Of a DNA stretch of 64,000 nt, positions 1 through 10,224 are shown piece after piece. The first letter of the stretch is position 1. Each line of letters opens with the position of its first letter. A program made the position numbers and the translations under genes. The notes below the pieces were generated by a model. That model searched no databases. It was not told the DNA's origin and saw only the letters and a program-made list of their open reading frames with translations. Source of the DNA: Longimicrobiales bacterium (GTDB lineage: Bacteria > Gemmatimonadota > Gemmatimonadetes > Longimicrobiales > Gaopeijiaceae); assembly GCA_965218295.1 (NCBI GenBank), contig CBDCKN010000002.1, positions 30,890 through 94,889 on the forward strand, given 5' to 3'.

Positions 1-1074
1 TCACGAGCGGAAGACGACACGGTGTGGTATGGCCGGCAGGGTGGTGTGGTTTACCTGTCGGACCGGAAGGTGCGTGTGGAGCGGCCACGGCTCAGGCGCC
101 GGGGCGCCGGGGAGGGTGGCGAGGTCGAGGTGCCGGCGTACGCAGCGATGCGGAGACCGGGCGCCGTGGCGGATCGGATGCTCGAGGTCCTGATGGCGGG
201 GGTGAGCACGCGGAAGTACGGCCGTGTGATCGGTGAGATGGCCGACACGGTCGGGGTGAGCAAGTCGGCGGTGAGCCGTGAGACGGTCGAGGCCTCGGAG
301 CGCGTGCTGAAGGAGCTGATGGAGCGCCGGCTGGATGCGTGGGACCTCCTGGTGATCTACCTGGACGGGATCCAGATGGGCTCGCACCACGTGCTTGCTG
401 CGGTAGGCGTGGACTCAGACGGAAAGAAGCACGTGCTGGGCGTGAGGGAAGGAGCGAGTGAGAACGCCGAGGTGACCGGGGCGCTCCTAGAGGATCTGGT
501 CGAGCGCGGCCTGGACCCGGGCAGGCGGCGGCTGTTCGTGATCGATGGCTCGAAAGCGCTCAGGAAGGCGATCGAGAAGGTGTTCGGCCAACGTCACCCC
601 ATCCAGCGCTGCCGCAACCACAAGCTCCGCAACGTGCTGGGTCATCTGCCGAAGGATCAGCATCCTCAGGTGAAGGCGGCGTTCCGGGCGGCGATGAAGC
701 TGGACGCGAAGCAGGGCGAGCAGAAGCTCGAGCAGCTCGCCCGATGGCTCGAGCGCGACCACCCCTCGGCCTCGGCCAGCCTACGCGAAGGCCTCAGCGA
801 GATGTTCACGATCAACCGGCTCGGCCTCCCGCCGCGGCTGAGGAAGTGCCTGGGCTCGACCAACCTGATCGACAGCACCCACTCGGGCGTAAGACAGAAG
901 ACCCGCAGGGTGACCAACTGGAAGAACGGAGCGATGGCCTTGCGCTGGGCTGCGGCCTCGTTCGTGGAGACCGAGAAGAGCTACCGGAGGATCATCGGCT
1001 ACGACCAGCTCTGGATGCTCAGGGCCCACCTCGACGACCATGAACCGGTTGCCGAAATGAGAAAGGCAGGCTAA
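1..1074 (+). CDS. IS256-family (Mutator-type DDE) transposase A, 5' end cut by window edge
   Basis: Motifs GVSTRK, IYLDGI, FVIDGSKAL, QRCRNHK, STNLIDS; matches 20223-21512. Confidence 0.95.
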   Translation, partial: SRAEDDTVWYGRQGGVVYLSDRKVRVERPRLRRRGAGEGGEVEVPAYAAMRRPGAVADRMLEVLMAGVSTRKYGRVIGEMADTVGVSKSAVSRETVEASERVLKELMERRLDAWDLLVIYLDGIQMGSHHVLAAVGVDSDGKKHVLGVREGASENAEVTGALLEDLVERGLDPGRRRLFVIDGSKALRKAIEKVFGQRHPIQRCRNHKLRNVLGHLPKDQHPQVKAAFRAAMKLDAKQGEQKLEQLARWLERDHPSASASLREGLSEMFTINRLGLPPRLRKCLGSTNLIDSTHSGVRQKTRRVTNWKNGAMALRWAAASFVETEKSYRRIIGYDQLWMLRAHLDDHEPVAEMRKAG

Positions 1075-1097
1075 CAAGGAGACTCTCCGGAGCCACC

Positions 1098-2475
1098 GAG
1101 CTAGGATCAAAGGGTGTGTAAAAAGAGAGGCGACGTACCTTTCCGCTGAGTAATAACCAGCGAACTCCGGGTGACAGCCCGGGGGAAAGGAACGACGCCT
1201 CGTGAGGAAGAATACGGTGGGACCCGAGGGTGAGTCCAGGACGCCCGTGTGGGAAGTTCTGGAAGAAGTGGTTCGGGAGAAGGCGCAGGAGTTCATTCAA
1301 CAGATCTTGGAGGAGGAAGTCACGGAGTTGCTAGGGCGAGAGAAGTCAGAGCGCAGGAGGGTGGTGGACGCGACCGAGGGCTACCGCAACGGATACGGCA
1401 AGCCGAGGCGGCTGGCGATGAGCTCGGGCACGATCACACTCCGACGCCCTCGAGTTCGAGGCCTTGAGGAGCGGTTCGAGAGCCGCGTGCTGCCGTTGTT
1501 CGCGAGGCGGACGAAGGAGCTGGGCGCTCTGCTTCCGGAGCTGTATCTGCACGGACTGGCGGAGGGAGACTTCGAGTTGGCGATGCGGGGCCTGCTGGGC
1601 GAGGGGGCACCGCTGTCGAAGTCTTCGATTCGGCGGCTGCGGGCGGGATGGACGGCGGAGTTCGAGGAATGGAGCCAGCGTCGCCTGGAGGGTCGTGAGG
1701 TCGTCTACGTGTGGGCGGACGGGATCTATGTGAAGGCAGGGCTGGAGCGGGACAAAGCGGCGCTGCTGGTGGTGCTGGGTGCCATGCGAGACGGGACGAA
1801 AGAGGTGTTGGCCCTGAGAGCGGGCTACCGAGAGTCGGTCGAGTCCTGGTCCGAGGTGTTGCGGGACCTGAAGGCACGCGGCATCGAGGCGCCCCGGCTT
1901 CTGATGGCGGACGGTAACGCTGCGATCTGGGGCGCAGTACGGCAGGTATGGCCTGAGGCGGGTGAGCAACGGTGCTGGAACCACAAGATGAGGAACGTGC
2001 TGGACCGACTACCTCAGCGGGAGCAGGGCGAGGCGAAGGATCTTCTCCGGGCCGTGGTCTACGCACCGAGCCGGGCCGAGGCCCTGAAGGCCCGCGAGGT
2101 GTTCGCCCGACGCTATAGGCCGTGGTATCCGAAAGCAGTGGACGTACTCGAGGACGACTGGGAGCGGATGGTAGCGTTCTACGACTTCCCCGAGGACCAC
2201 TGGAAGCATCTACGCACGACGAACGTGGTCGAGAGCCCGTTCGCCGCGGTACGGCTCAGGACGACAGCAGCGAAGCGGTTCAAGCGGGTCGAGAGCGCTA
2301 CGGCGCTAATCTGGAAGTTGCTCTTGGTGGCTGAGAAGCGGTTCCGAAGGCTCGACGCTCCTCACCTCCTCAAGGACGTATTTGAAGGAAGAAAGTTCGA
2401 AGACGGAAAGCCCGTCTCACACCAACAGCGGAAGAACGCCGCCTAATACGTTTACACACCTATTGACCCAACCTC
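1098..2475 (+). mobile_element. IS256-family element B, copy 1 (1378 bp)
   Basis: Imperfect terminal IRs GAGCTAGGATCAAAGGGTGTGTAAA / GAGGTTGGGTCAATAGGTGTGTAAA (rc). 8-bp target duplication GAGCCACC at 1090-1097 and 2476-2483. Confidence 0.95.
1202..2446 (+). CDS. IS256-family transposase B
   Basis: Motifs YRNGY, VWADGIY, LMADG, QRCWNHK, RTTNVVES. Confidence 0.95.
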   Translation: MRKNTVGPEGESRTPVWEVLEEVVREKAQEFIQQILEEEVTELLGREKSERRRVVDATEGYRNGYGKPRRLAMSSGTITLRRPRVRGLEERFESRVLPLFARRTKELGALLPELYLHGLAEGDFELAMRGLLGEGAPLSKSSIRRLRAGWTAEFEEWSQRRLEGREVVYVWADGIYVKAGLERDKAALLVVLGAMRDGTKEVLALRAGYRESVESWSEVLRDLKARGIEAPRLLMADGNAAIWGAVRQVWPEAGEQRCWNHKMRNVLDRLPQREQGEAKDLLRAVVYAPSRAEALKAREVFARRYRPWYPKAVDVLEDDWERMVAFYDFPEDHWKHLRTTNVVESPFAAVRLRTTAAKRFKRVESATALIWKLLLVAEKRFRRLDAPHLLKDVFEGRKFEDGKPVSHQQRKNAA

Positions 2476-2526
2476 GAGCCACCACCTTCAACTGTCAGCG
2501 GGACACCATCCTCCCTGGAGCCCCCC

Positions 2527-4959
2527 ATGCGCAGAGTCGGCCCGAAGCGGATCGTACTGCCCGCCTCCACCGCCGCAGCCAGCGGCCGTGGCCACGGTTA
2601 CGGTAACGCCTGCAGAGTCCACCCTCCTGGTTGGGGAGACGGTACAGCTTTCTGCGGCGACCCTCGACGCCGCCGGAGCCACGCTCAGCGGACGGACGGT
2701 GGCGTGGTCCACGTCCGACGCACAAGTCGCGTCCGTCGTTGGCGGCCTCGTAACCGCGGTCGGTGCGGGCTCAGCCACCATAACCGCCACGTCTGAGGGA
2801 CAGAGCGGAACCGCCACGGTCACGGTCAACGCACCCACCTTCCAGCCCACGAGCGACACCAACCTCTCGGGGACACAGAGCTATGATGAGGTGATGATCC
2901 CCGCCGGGGTCACGGTGACGGTCACCGACGACCTCACTATGGACGTTACCGGAGCCGTCAGCATCGAAGGGACGTTGAGTGGTGAGTGCGTGGGCATCAC
3001 CATCAACGGCCAGGCCGCCGTCACCATCAACGGGACGATCACGAACGCCTGTACCCAGGGGCAGGCGGAAACACCCGATCTGACGATCATCGGGGACGGG
3101 GATCTCACCATGGACGGCGGCACCGTCGAGACGAGTGGCAACGTCACGATCAAGAACGACCCCACCCTGACCGAGGCCGACTTCCCGGAGGAGGGCCAAG
3201 CGCTTTCGGGGCTCACTGCCGCGGCCGTGGGAAGCCAGGGGGGAACCTGCAGCGTGAGCAACTACATATTCCTCCCCGACCCCGTCCAGGCGAAGTCAGG
3301 AGCAGACGGTCAGCATGGTGAAAACGGCGAGGACGGCAAGACCTGGATTCTCCTCTGCCGGGGCAACGCCATCCTCGCGGGCGGAGTCCGTGTGTTCGGT
3401 CAGGACGGCGGAGATGGGGGTCGAGGCGATCACGAGAGCAACACCGAAGCCGACGCTTCGGGAGGCTTGGCCGGCAACGGTGGAAAGCTCCGGCTTCTGG
3501 CCACGGGCACATGGCAGTTCACCGGCTCCGGCAACGAGCTCATCGGGGGAAACGGCGGCATCGGCGGAGCCGCCTTCGCGGAAGGCAAGCAGAACCCTGA
3601 CATCGACCCTGCCGCGCCGGCTGCAGCTGTGGGTGGCGGAGGTGGCTTATCCGGGCTGGTGGAGGTGCGCTCCCTCGTCGGGATCGCCGAGCTCACACAG
3701 CCGGGGGTCCTGACCATTCAGGTCGGTGACGGGCGCCCCGGTGGAGACGCCACGGCCGTCGGCGCTCACGGCATGAACTCTTCCGAGAGACCAGGGAAGC
3801 CTGCACAGGTAGGCGGATCCGTGCAGGCGCTCGGTGGCCACGGTGGGTTCTCGCCTCCCTTTAAGTTCACGGCGACGGGGGGCGCCAGCACCGCCAACGT
3901 CGGCATCACCGGTGGAAACGGGGGGGACGGTGGTGCTGCCAACATGGATCCGGGCGACGGAGGCGATGGAGATGAGGAGTTCAAGGACGGCGCCAGAGGA
4001 GGGAGCAGCTTCAAGCTGGCAGCGGCGGCGAATTCGTCCGCGGCGCCAGCGGTGCGAGTGGTTCGTGGACCTAGACGCGCAGCCGCAGCTGCCCAGGGGG
4101 TGTCGAACGGCGGTGACGGCGGGAATGCCCAGGTGACAGACGCCACCGGCGCCCTGGTTGGCATCGGCGGCATGGGGGGTGCACTGGCCGTCGTGGGCGG
4201 ACACGGCGGCTTCGAGTTCGACGGGTGCAGCGTCGTCCCGGTCACCAATGGAGGTGACGGTGGTCCGGGCGGGCGCATCGAAGGCAACGATGGCCCGGGA
4301 GGAACCGGCAAGACCAACGGTATGCCCGGCGGCGTCGAGGTCATCGACCTGACGGCCTTTGGAGGCGACGGACTCGACGGGGAATGGTTGCCCGGGGTCG
4401 GCGGCGCCAAGGGCGTCGACGCCTTGGAGCCCCGCGGACCCAGGATCGACTCGGGCAACAACTTCAAGGACGGCAAGGACGGCACCAACTGCCACTCCGG
4501 CTTCTTTGACTTGATCGTGAGCGTCCTGTCCGATCCGGTGGGCACAATCCGTTCATCCAGCTCGCACAGCTGCTCGAGTTGTTCCTGAGCCTGTCGAACT
4601 TCGTGCCGGACGGAAGCTCCGATTTCGCCACGTCAGGGACGTCTCCCTTCATAAACGTGACCGGGACCCGGGACTCGGACGGCAACGTGCAGGCCGACGG
4701 GATCGGCACCGTGGCCGGCTTCCCCAGCATCTACGTCACGCTGGCCGGTCTCTTGAGCTGCGACGGAACCTTCTCCTTCGAGTACATCATGGGAGCCGCC
4801 TTCGGTCTACCCGGCGGATCCCCCATCAGCTATGGGCTGTCCGGGACCATGCGACCTGCGTCGCAGGCGTCGATCCGGAGCGAGCGGGTGCGACCGTGGT
4901 CGAACGCACCCCCCTCGGCGGCACCATCCGTTCCCGGCCGGGGTTGCGCTGTCCCATGA
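2527..4959 (+). pseudogene. Ig-like (Big_2) domain plus glycine-rich (PGRS-like) surface protein, frameshifted
   Basis: VATVTVTP...WSTSDAQVASV...ATITATSEGQSGTATVTV is a Big_2 pattern, followed by many GGxGGxGG motifs. GGAG+ATG at 2527 is out of frame with the body (2588-4588); a second frameshift near 4540 continues as HNPFIQLAQLLELFL into 4579-4959. Confidence 0.7.
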
Positions 4960-5169
4960 GGCCCGGCTGACGGCGTGTCTTAACCGTTACGAGGCTCTGC
5001 GGTCCGGCGAGAGCCGGGCCGCAGGGCCTGTCTTTTCGAGCTGAAGCTGCTTGCTCGCATCGACCGAGCCCGCCTGCGCTCGGACTCGCGTCCGATCTCG
5101 GAGTCCCTCTGACTCTGGCCGCCCATCCAGACATCCCGTCGACTCATCCAACCGAAGTTCTCTTCGCAC

Positions 5170-5204
5170 GTGTACGTATGTTCATGTCGTGAGTGTACGT
5201 ATGT
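5170..5204. repeat. 12-bp direct repeat GTGTACGTATGT x2 (5170-5181, 5193-5204)
   Basis: Seen directly, about 50 bp past the tRNA 3' end. Confidence 0.8.
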
Positions 5205-5251
5205 AGGTTGCAGCCCAAGAAGGGGCTCTGCCTAATATTCCTTGTCCCGAG

Positions 5252-5325
<74 letters not shown>

Positions 5326-5396
5326 GTACTCACGACCAAGGTAATCGCACGCCCACTCTCGATCCAAGTGCGCGACGGCGACCACGCGAGCCGAAA

Positions 5397-6035
5397 TCAC
5401 TTCGTCCCGAAGAGGCGGTCGCCGGCATCTCCCAATCCCGGGACAATGTAGCCGATCTCGTTGAGCTCGCGGTCCAGCGCGGCGGTGAAGATGGGAACGT
5501 CCGGATGATCTGCGGCGAACCGGCGAACCCCTTCCGGTGCCGCAACAATACACATGAAGCGTATCCCCGCCGCGCCCCTCTTCTTGAGGACGTCGACCGC
5601 CGCCGAGGCCGATCCACCCGTAGCCAACATGGGGTCCAACAGAATGAAGTGCCGGACTTCACCCTCGGGCGGGACCTCGAAGTAGTACTCCACCGGCTTG
5701 AGGGTGTCCTCGTCCCGGTAGAGCCCCACGTGGCCGACTCGGGCACTGGGAATCAGCCTCAGAATGCCCTCCACCATCCCGAGGCCTGCGCGGAGGATCG
5801 GAACCAGCACCAGCTTCTTGCCCCGGATGCGCTGACAGGTCGTGGTCTCCAGGGGCGTCTCGATCTCCACCTCCTCCGTCTCCAGCCCCCGGGTGGCCTC
5901 GTACGCCATGAGCATGGCGATCTCGTCCACCAGCTCCTTGAAGCGCTTCTTCGGAGTGGTCTTGTCCCTCAAGAGTGAGAGCTTGTGGTGAATGAGCGGA
6001 TGCTCGAGAACGGTCAGCGTGGGAAACTCGGTCAT
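5397..6035 (-). CDS. upp: uracil phosphoribosyltransferase
   Basis: Motifs [51 protein letters not shown]. Confidence 0.97.
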   Translation of the reverse strand: MTEFPTLTVLEHPLIHHKLSLLRDKTTPKKRFKELVDEIAMLMAYEATRGLETEEVEIETPLETTTCQRIRGKKLVLVPILRAGLGMVEGILRLIPSARVGHVGLYRDEDTLKPVEYYFEVPPEGEVRHFILLDPMLATGGSASAAVDVLKKRGAAGIRFMCIVAAPEGVRRFAADHPDVPIFTAALDRELNEIGYIVPGLGDAGDRLFGTK

Positions 6036-6198
6036 GGGCTCCTGCCCGGTCGGGGTCGGTGGTGCTGATCGAGCCTCCACGTTACCTGCCACTCCTCGAC
6101 CGTGAAAGACCGTTAGGTTCCCGCTAGAATAGGAGGCAGGAACACCCAGAACGTCTCACCGGCCAACTCGCCGGGCCGGTCTTCCAGGAGACTGCCGG

Positions 6199-6870
6199 TT
6201 GCCGGTGCCCGACACGACAAGGGAACGGATGGCCATGGTCGAGAGCCAGCTCGCGGCCCGCGGCATCGTCGACACCCGCGTCCTGGAGGCTATGGCATGG
6301 GTGCCTCGTGAGGACTTTCTCCCCGAGGATCGTCAGTCCTGGGCCTATCGGGATCGTGCGGTTCCCCTGGGCCACGGCCAGACGGTGAGCCAGCCCTACA
6401 TGGTCGCCGCTATGACGGAGGCGCTGCGGCTGGGGCCGGAGGACCGGGTGCTGGAGGTGGGAACGGGCAGCGGATATCAGGCCGCCGTGCTCAGCGACAT
6501 CGCCGCACAAGTCTTCACCATCGAGCGCCTTCCCGACCTCCAGTCCGCGGCGGAGGAGCGCCTCGCGGCCCTGGGCATCTCGAACGTGCGGTTTCGGGTG
6601 GGGGACGGGTCCTTGGGTTGGCCCGAAGAGGTACCCTTCGACGCCATCATCGTCACGGCCGGCGCTCCGTCGGTCCCACCCGCTCTCAAGAGCCAGGTGA
6701 ACGAGGATGGCGGTCGACTGGTCATCCCGGTGGGACCGCGGCGCCAGCAGTCCCTGATCCGCTACACGCGAACGGGGAACGAGTACGTCACCGAGCGCCT
6801 CCTGAACTGCGCGTTCGTCCCCCTGGTAGGGTCCGAAGGCTGGCCCAGCGGGTCGGCGGCCGACCTGTAG
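6199..6870 (+). CDS. pcm: protein-L-isoaspartate O-methyltransferase
   Basis: Motifs GQTVSQPYMVA, VLEVGTGSGYQAA, FDAIIVTAG, FVPLVG; exact start uncertain. Confidence 0.95.
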   Translation: MPVPDTTRERMAMVESQLAARGIVDTRVLEAMAWVPREDFLPEDRQSWAYRDRAVPLGHGQTVSQPYMVAAMTEALRLGPEDRVLEVGTGSGYQAAVLSDIAAQVFTIERLPDLQSAAEERLAALGISNVRFRVGDGSLGWPEEVPFDAIIVTAGAPSVPPALKSQVNEDGGRLVIPVGPRRQQSLIRYTRTGNEYVTERLLNCAFVPLVGSEGWPSGSAADL

Positions 6871-6886
6871 AATCCCCGGGGACACT

Positions 6887-7052
6887 TAGTGTTCCGTTGC
6901 CGAAGTTCGCGAGCCACCAAGAGGGTCGGGGCGCCGTGGGATCAAGGCGGGACGACGCGGCGTAGCGCAAGCTACGGCAAGGAGTCCCAACGCCGAGCCC
7001 ACGGATGCACCGTGCCCTCGACTGGCCGAGACACTTTGGCAACGGGACACTA
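6887..7052. repeat. MITE/REP-like hairpin element, TAGTG...CACTA family (full form, 166 bp)
   Basis: Terminal IR TAGTGTTCCGTTGCCGAAGT / ACTTTGGCAACGGGACACTA plus nested internal IRs; the right end overlaps the stop codon of 7050-8705. Confidence 0.8.
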
Positions 7053-8705
7053 ACGTTTGATGCGCTCGCCCTTGTCCTCGTACCGGAAGATCCACGCCGC
7101 CATGCGTCCCGGGCGAATCCGTCCTTCGGCGTCGCCGAACTCCTGATCGCCCTGAGACCCCTCCAGAACTCCCGGACGGTCCTGAATCTCGACGGCGACC
7201 CCCTTGATGCGATCCCGCCACAAGCTCCAGTTGCTGGACCGGAGGTCCACCCAACCCGCCGTCACGATCCTGTCGTCGGTGGGGCTCAGGTGGGGCTCGG
7301 GCAGCATCTTCACCATGGCACCCCGCAGGACAGAGTCCCCGTCGGGCAGCAGAATGGGGAGTCCGATCGTCAGGATGCGTTGGCGCAGATCGGCGTCTGC
7401 CTCGATGAGCTCCTGGCTCCGCCGGGCGGCGTCTTCCGGATCCAGCTCGGCGGCGGCGGCCATGACGTCGTAGAGCCGCTCGAGGATCGCCGCCTCGAAA
7501 AGCAGCTTCGACAGCCGAGGTGGGCCCAACATCTCGTAGGCCACCGACTCGATGCCGTGCTCCGCCTCGAGACGCTCCATGGCCCCGAGGGCCTCGCTGC
7601 GCAGGACACCCGCTCGATACGTCGGCCCCATGGTGGCGGCGTCGAGGGCCGCCACCACGTCCCGGCCCGTGGGGTGTCCCTGGATCTCGCGGACAACGTT
7701 CTCGGCGATCTCCTCAGGTGTCACGAACTCCATGAGCCCGAGGGAGGTGAGGGCCTTGAACTCGGGAAGCGAGAAGAGGCCGTTCTCGCCCACGTCGATG
7801 TAGACGCCTGCCAGAGGCTCATCCAGGCTCTTGAACCCTCTGCCTCCATCGGCGAAGGCCTCGGCCACCGGGAGGGGGCCCGTCGAGTCCGAGAGTGGGA
7901 GCGGGCACCCACCTTTCGTGATGGGACCGAAGCAGATGGACCTCCAGGATATGGCAGCCGTCGGCTTGACCTCCTTCACGGCCGGGGCACCGGGCGTCCG
8001 GGCCATGAGGTAGAGGAGGAGCGTGTGAGCACCGGCCAATCCCGACTTCGCGAGGAGCACTCGCGAAGGTCGCTCCTCAGAGTGGGTGAATGGAATGTTG
8101 AGGCCCATGCCCCCGGTGCCCACGGTCCCCACCTTCACATAGATCCCGGTCCCCGCTTGCCTCATCCCCTCGAGGGCGATCTGCACGTGCCGGGTGAGCT
8201 GCGGCAGGTACAGGGTCAAGAGGTGACGCTCCACGGCCTCGCCGTCCACCGTTCCGTCATCCGCCTTGGAACGGAGCCTCGCAGCAGAGGCGAAAGCGTC
8301 CTGGTAGGCCAAGGCACCCGCCGTGTTCACACAGTCCACGATGACATCCGGGCGCACCCGGGCTAGCAAGCTGCCCAGGGCCGAGCGCTCGAGAACCTCC
8401 TGGGTGAGGGGGCCGTACAGGTCGTCCACCATGCGGCTGCGGGCCTCCCGATCCCCAAGGATCTCCTCTCGGGGTCGCTCACAGACGTCGTCCTGGACGA
8501 AGATGTCGCCCCACTCCGCTTCGATCTCGGTGTTCGCCGCACCTGGATGGCCTTCCAGCTTGCGGGCCGCCTCCTCCGCGTCTTTTCTGCGAAGGGAGGT
8601 GAGGACGAGCTTCCTCGGAGCATGCTCGGCCATCTGGCGCGCAACCGCAAAGCCCACGAGGCCCGCGCCTCCCAAGACGAGCACTGTTCGATCCTTCAGC
8701 TCCAT
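7050..8705 (-). CDS. NAD(P)-binding Rossmann-fold protein (atypical long SDR-like), function unknown
   Basis: N-terminal VLVLGGAGLVG dinucleotide-binding motif and DVIVDCVN; 551 aa. Confidence 0.7.
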   Translation of the reverse strand: MELKDRTVLVLGGAGLVGFAVARQMAEHAPRKLVLTSLRRKDAEEAARKLEGHPGAANTEIEAEWGDIFVQDDVCERPREEILGDREARSRMVDDLYGPLTQEVLERSALGSLLARVRPDVIVDCVNTAGALAYQDAFASAARLRSKADDGTVDGEAVERHLLTLYLPQLTRHVQIALEGMRQAGTGIYVKVGTVGTGGMGLNIPFTHSEERPSRVLLAKSGLAGAHTLLLYLMARTPGAPAVKEVKPTAAISWRSICFGPITKGGCPLPLSDSTGPLPVAEAFADGGRGFKSLDEPLAGVYIDVGENGLFSLPEFKALTSLGLMEFVTPEEIAENVVREIQGHPTGRDVVAALDAATMGPTYRAGVLRSEALGAMERLEAEHGIESVAYEMLGPPRLSKLLFEAAILERLYDVMAAAAELDPEDAARRSQELIEADADLRQRILTIGLPILLPDGDSVLRGAMVKMLPEPHLSPTDDRIVTAGWVDLRSSNWSLWRDRIKGVAVEIQDRPGVLEGSQGDQEFGDAEGRIRPGRMAAWIFRYEDKGERIKR

Positions 8706-8706
8706 C

Positions 8707-8730
8707 TAGTGTTCCGCTTCCGAAGTTCGA
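8707..8730. repeat. half copy (left arm) of the TAGTG...CACTA element
   Basis: TAGTGTTCCGCTTCCGAAGTTCGA versus TAGTGTTCCGTTGCCGAAGTTCGC at 6887. Confidence 0.65.
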
Positions 8731-8732
8731 TA

Positions 8733-9464
8733 TCACCCTCTATTCGGGTCACGTTCCTCGACGCATCGCTCGAGGGCCTGAATGTCTTCGTCGTCCAGCT
8801 CTTCCCACTCGCCCGCGGGTAGGTAGCCCAGGCGAATGGGACCGAACCGAACCCGTCTCAAGGCCACCACAGGGTGACCGACGGCCTCCAGGAGCCTCCT
8901 CACCTCACGCTTGCGGCCTTCGGTGAGCACCAACCTCAGCGTCCCGTAGCCCTCTTCCGGCCGCTCCGGATCGACACGGGTGGGGCGAGCCCAGCCGTCG
9001 TCGAGCTCCACACCCCGCCGCAGGCGTTCGATGACCTTCTCGGTCGGTATACCTTTTACCCGCGCCTCGTACTCTCGCTCCACCTGAGTGCGTGGATGTT
9101 GCAGCCGGTTCGCCAGGTCCCCGTCGTTGGTGAGCAACAGCAACCCCTCGGTCTCCATGTCGAGGCGGCCGACATACCGCAGGGCGCCATACTCGTCGGG
9201 CAACCGGTCGTAGATCGTGGCCCTACCGTGAGTGTCCTCCACGGTGGTGACCACCCCGACAGGTTTGTGGAAGCGGATCCAACGGCGTGGCGGTAGCGAG
9301 ACTGACTCGCCGTCCACCTCTACGGTGTCGCGGTCGGGATCGACCTTCGTGCCGAGCTCGGTAGTGACGACCCCGTTGATCCTCACCCGGCCCTCCTCGA
9401 CGAGGTTCTCGGCCTTTCGTCGCGAGGCTACGCCGGCCCGCGAGAGGAACTTCTGGATCCGCAT
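8733..9464 (-). CDS. rluB: rRNA pseudouridine synthase (RluB/RsuA family)
   Basis: S4 domain MRIQKFLSRAGVASRR; motifs VGRLDMETEGLLLLTNDG and EGRKREVRR. Confidence 0.9.
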   Translation of the reverse strand: MRIQKFLSRAGVASRRKAENLVEEGRVRINGVVTTELGTKVDPDRDTVEVDGESVSLPPRRWIRFHKPVGVVTTVEDTHGRATIYDRLPDEYGALRYVGRLDMETEGLLLLTNDGDLANRLQHPRTQVEREYEARVKGIPTEKVIERLRRGVELDDGWARPTRVDPERPEEGYGTLRLVLTEGRKREVRRLLEAVGHPVVALRRVRFGPIRLGYLPAGEWEELDDEDIQALERCVEERDPNRG

Positions 9465-9477
9465 GGGACCGCGGTTC

Positions 9478-10224
9478 TCAGTCGGAGTCGGTATCCTCGG
9501 GGTCCTCGATAAGCATCGGGTCTCCGGCCGCCCCGTTCCCGCGAACCTGGGACCCCTCGGTGCTCTCCAGATCTTCGCCGGCCTCCGCCACCGACGGGGC
9601 CTCGCCGGAAAGGATGTCATCGACTCCCAACTCCGGCATGTCGCCCAGGGCCTCCTTCGGGGCGTCGATCTCCTCACCGGGCATATCCTCCAGGGGAGGG
9701 CGATCCCGGAGGATCACGGGCAGCTCCTCCGGACGGGGGAGGTCATCAAGCGAGCGGAAGCCGAAGTGCTCGAGAAAGCGCTGGGTCGTGCCGTACAGGA
9801 GGGGTCGGCCGAGGCCCTCGCCCCGAGCCACCACCTCCACCAGCGCACGGTCCATCAGCGTGCGGATCACCCCCGCCGAGCTGACTCCCCGAATGTATTC
9901 GACCTCGATGCGGCCGATAGGCTGACGATAGGCGATGATGGCCAGGGTCTCGAGCGCCGGGCCGGACAGCCGGGAGGGTCGCGGGACGGTGTCGAAGCGC
10001 TCGAGGTAGGGAGCGAACTCGGGCCGGGTGAGGAGCTGGTATCCTTCCCCGATCTCTCGGATCTCGAAGGCCCGCTCCGACTCGGAGTATGCGGCGTTGA
10101 GCTCCCCGATGGCGTCCTCGATCAGATCCTCGTTCAAGGCCTCGTCTGCCCGGGCGATCTCCTCCGTCCTAAGCGGTGCATCGGAGGCAAAGAGGACGGC
10201 TTCGACGACCTGGGCCGGGTTCAC
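9478..10224 (-). CDS. scpB: SMC-Scp complex subunit ScpB
   Basis: Motifs EAVLFAS, ALETLAIIAYRQPI, IRGVSS, GRPLLYGTT. Confidence 0.95.
   Translation of the reverse strand: MNPAQVVEAVLFASDAPLRTEEIARADEALNEDLIEDAIGELNAAYSESERAFEIREIGEGYQLLTRPEFAPYLERFDTVPRPSRLSGPALETLAIIAYRQPIGRIEVEYIRGVSSAGVIRTLMDRALVEVVARGEGLGRPLLYGTTQRFLEHFGFRSLDDLPRPEELPVILRDRPPLEDMPGEEIDAPKEALGDMPELGVDDILSGEAPSVAEAGEDLESTEGSQVRGNGAAGDPMLIEDPEDTDSD

Larger units (their letters stand above)
1..2510 (+). mobile_element. IS256-family element A, copy 1 (left end outside window; IS-B nested in its right end)
   Basis: Same sequence as the full copy at 20106-21562. Right terminus CCTTCAACTGTCAGCGGGACACCATC ends at 2510, displaced by IS-B (1098-2475). 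Confidence 0.93.
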
